Position numbers and translations under genes: made by a program. Of a stretch of DNA of 54,140 nt, positions 51,692 to 54,140 are shown one piece after another. Each line of letters opens with the position of its first letter. Position 1 is the stretch's first letter. This stretch comes from a virus (lineage: Duplodnaviria; Caudoviricetes), in the IMG/VR virus record IMGVR_UViG_3300031954_000008, positions 1-54,140 of that record; one strand, written 5' to 3'. The notes beneath the pieces were generated by a model. The model saw only the letters and a list, made by a program, of their open reading frames with translations, was not told the origin of the DNA and did no database searches.

Positions 51692-53973
51692 AACCTGATC
51701 TCACTACGTACGCGATCAATCTTAAACCGTCTGATGAGGCAGTAAAGCTGTTGCGGCACTGGCTAAATTGTGGATGGGATTATCGCCTTGACATCACGCA
51801 AAACGAAAGTATGCTCAACCGACCCCAGCTATACATCGACAGAGTGGAAGCGGAGTTGGAGCTTATCATTGGCAAAGGTTTCGTTGACTACTTCCTGGTC
51901 ACGAGCGACATTGTCAGGTGGGCTAAGGACCATGGTATTGCGGTTGGACCTGGACGTGGGTCAGCGTCTGCTAGCGTCGTATGCTATCTTCTCCGTATCA
52001 CGGAGATTGATCCCGTGGTATTTGACCGTCTGCTTTTTGAAAGGTTCATCGACCCAAGCCGAAACGATTTGCCCGACATCGACTTGGACTTTGATGATGA
52101 GCGTAGACAAGAAGTCTTCGACTACGCGGCAAGTCGTTACGGCGCAGATAAAACGGGTAAAGTCGCAAACTTCATGAGATACAAGGGAAAGAACAGCATA
52201 GACGATGTCGCACGAGTCTATCACATCCCAAGTTGGGAGGCAGACAAAGTCAAGCGTCTTATCATTGAACGTGGTGGTGGAGACTCGCGGGAGGGCAATT
52301 CTCTTGAGGATACGTTTGCCGTATTCCCAAGAGCCCAAGAGGTTTTGGATGCGTATCCGACAATTGCCAATGCCGTCCGATTGGAAGGTAATTACCGTGG
52401 TATGGGCGTCCACGCGGCTGGTCTCGTCATCTCGAATACGCCCATCACTGACGCTTGCGCTTCGTACACGAAAACAACTGCGGGTGTTGAGACTTCCGTC
52501 ATAGCGTACGACAAGAAGGACTCAAAGTACATGGGCTTCTTGAAGCTCGACATCTTGGGCCTTAGCACCATGAACGTGCTCGGTACTGCGGCCGAAATGG
52601 TCGGTATGTCGTTGGAGGATGTGTACCGTATCCCGCTAGACGACCGCAAGACAATGAAGGCTTTCCATAGGAGTGATGTAATTGGTATCTTCCAATTTGA
52701 AGGCCGCGCAACAAGACTCGTGTGCCGTGACGTGCGGCCTGATACGTTCCAAGAACTGGTTGATATCAACTCGCTGTCGAGACCAGGCCCATTGTTCTCT
52801 GGCACAACTGGCGACTACTGCGACGTCAAGCACGGACGCGCACAGCCAAAACGATTGCACCCCATCGTAACTCAGGAAACCCGCCAGACACGCGGCCAGA
52901 TCATCTTCCAAGAGCAAATCCTCAGGATCATCAAAGAGGTTGGCGGGTTTCCACTTGACCGTGTCCACGAGATACGTTACATCATCTCGCAGAAGCTAGG
53001 TGAGGCGCAGTTCGGCAGTTTCTATGACCGATTTGAGAAGGGTGCGCTGGAGCTTCACGGTATAGACGCCCAGTTAGCCTTGCGCATATGGCGATTCATG
53101 GTTACGAGCGCCACCTACACGTTCGTTACCGCGCACTCCACCGGCTACGCGATCATCGCATGGTGGTGTCAGTGGTTCAAGCAGCACCACCCGGCTGCGT
53201 TCTACGCGGCTCGTCTAAGGAAAGCTGACGATGAGTACAAGCGAACAAAGCTCATCAAAGATGCTATGCGGCACGGGATTAAAGTGGTACCACCTGACAT
53301 TGTGGACTCTCAAGTCAGCTGGACACGAACCGACAAGCGTACTGTGTGCGCGGGTTTCTTACAGATCAAGGGAATTGGGCCCAAATACGCACGAGCTATT
53401 GTGGATTACCTGGAATCGACGCACTGGGAAACCGCGCCTACTTGGGACGACCTCATTAAGGTCAAGGGGATTGGACCCAAGACTATTGAGCGCATTAAGC
53501 TGTTCGCGGCTGACCCAGACCCGTTCGGCATCAACAGGATTCATCGCATTCTTGAGGAGATTCGTGGGGATATAGCAGCCGGCAGTTTCCCTGGTATCCC
53601 TGACCCTACGCACACGAGCGATGACCTGGCCATGGATGGCTCGTTTGATGTTGTGTGGGTTGGTATTCCGGTAGCGAAGGAATACAAGGACATCGTGGAA
53701 GACGAGCGCGCCAGGACCGACAAGACGACAGAAGAGATACTGGCTGAGATAGATGAACCGGAGCTAACGAAACTGTGTGTGGTCAAGTGTATAGACGATG
53801 GTGATGAGGACGTTCACTGCCGCATTAATCGCTTTGACTTCAACAGATTTGCCGATAGATTGGAGACACTACGGACAAACGGCAAAGACGTGCTCATCGT
53901 AAAAGGCCGAAAGCGCGACGGTTTCGGCACCAACATACTAGTGAAGGAAATGTGGGGATTGTGTCTGGACTAG
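51682..53973 (+). CDS. dnaE: DNA polymerase III alpha, polymerase portion
   Basis: GPGRGSA, FERF, PDIDLDF, HAAG, KLDILGL, GIFQFE, RPGP and HhH IKGIG motifs. Confidence 0.95.
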   Translation: MVVKPDLTTYAINLKPSDEAVKLLRHWLNCGWDYRLDITQNESMLNRPQLYIDRVEAELELIIGKGFVDYFLVTSDIVRWAKDHGIAVGPGRGSASASVVCYLLRITEIDPVVFDRLLFERFIDPSRNDLPDIDLDFDDERRQEVFDYAASRYGADKTGKVANFMRYKGKNSIDDVARVYHIPSWEADKVKRLIIERGGGDSREGNSLEDTFAVFPRAQEVLDAYPTIANAVRLEGNYRGMGVHAAGLVISNTPITDACASYTKTTAGVETSVIAYDKKDSKYMGFLKLDILGLSTMNVLGTAAEMVGMSLEDVYRIPLDDRKTMKAFHRSDVIGIFQFEGRATRLVCRDVRPDTFQELVDINSLSRPGPLFSGTTGDYCDVKHGRAQPKRLHPIVTQETRQTRGQIIFQEQILRIIKEVGGFPLDRVHEIRYIISQKLGEAQFGSFYDRFEKGALELHGIDAQLALRIWRFMVTSATYTFVTAHSTGYAIIAWWCQWFKQHHPAAFYAARLRKADDEYKRTKLIKDAMRHGIKVVPPDIVDSQVSWTRTDKRTVCAGFLQIKGIGPKYARAIVDYLESTHWETAPTWDDLIKVKGIGPKTIERIKLFAADPDPFGINRIHRILEEIRGDIAAGSFPGIPDPTHTSDDLAMDGSFDVVWVGIPVAKEYKDIVEDERARTDKTTEEILAEIDEPELTKLCVVKCIDDGDEDVHCRINRFDFNRFADRLETLRTNGKDVLIVKGRKRDGFGTNILVKEMWGLCLD

Positions 53974-53996
53974 ATGGTAACCCAGCCAGCCAGCAT

Positions 53997-54140
53997 GTGA
54001 CGGAACAGCAACGGGCGCAAGCACTTTCAGCGATCCAGAAGCTATCTAATGTGATGGGCCAGCAGCAACAGAAGCCCATCCTAAAGCTGCTGCGAGAGAT
54101 GGGGATTGAACCGAAGTACATGACGGTGGTGGTTGGCGAT
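53997..54140 (+). CDS. Start of a hypothetical gene (3'-truncated; start uncertain)
   Basis: Frame VTEQQRAQ... is open to the window end. Confidence 0.4.
   Translation, partial: MTEQQRAQALSAIQKLSNVMGQQQQKPILKLLREMGIEPKYMTVVVGD

Overview
About 54 kb from the middle of a tailed actinobacteriophage genome. It is most likely a siphovirus of Mycobacterium or another mycolic-acid host, since it has a lysin B and mycobacteriophage-type minor tail and lysin A motifs. Almost all genes are on the + strand. The order is: a 5'-truncated kinase + ADP-ribosyltransferase fusion, terminase, portal, a head module (with a JAB/MPN peptidase and MuF), the tail module (1883-aa tape measure), a lysis cassette and a lone reverse nrdH. 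After a ~575-bp control region comes an early region whose genes are preceded by a repeated hairpin + leader element. The window ends with replication/recombination genes (SNF2 helicase, Cas4/RecB-like nuclease, Sak4-like ATPase, SSB-like), an FAD oxidoreductase, an HNH gene and a fragmented dnaE. No integrase, repressor, tRNA or CRISPR array was seen. Four observations stand out. (1) Scaffold and major capsid share an N-terminal AExFxIWGG motif next to a JAB peptidase, suggesting head maturation by cleavage after Gly-Gly. (2) Eight copies of a covarying RNA hairpin + CAACAACCGAAAGGG leader precede early genes. (3) An in-frame GGT-TGA-GGT interrupts the DnaE PHP active site at the edge of an AT-rich HNH island. 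(4) The kinase-ART fusion is coupled to a candidate immunity gene. All functional assignments come from reading motifs by eye; no searches were run.
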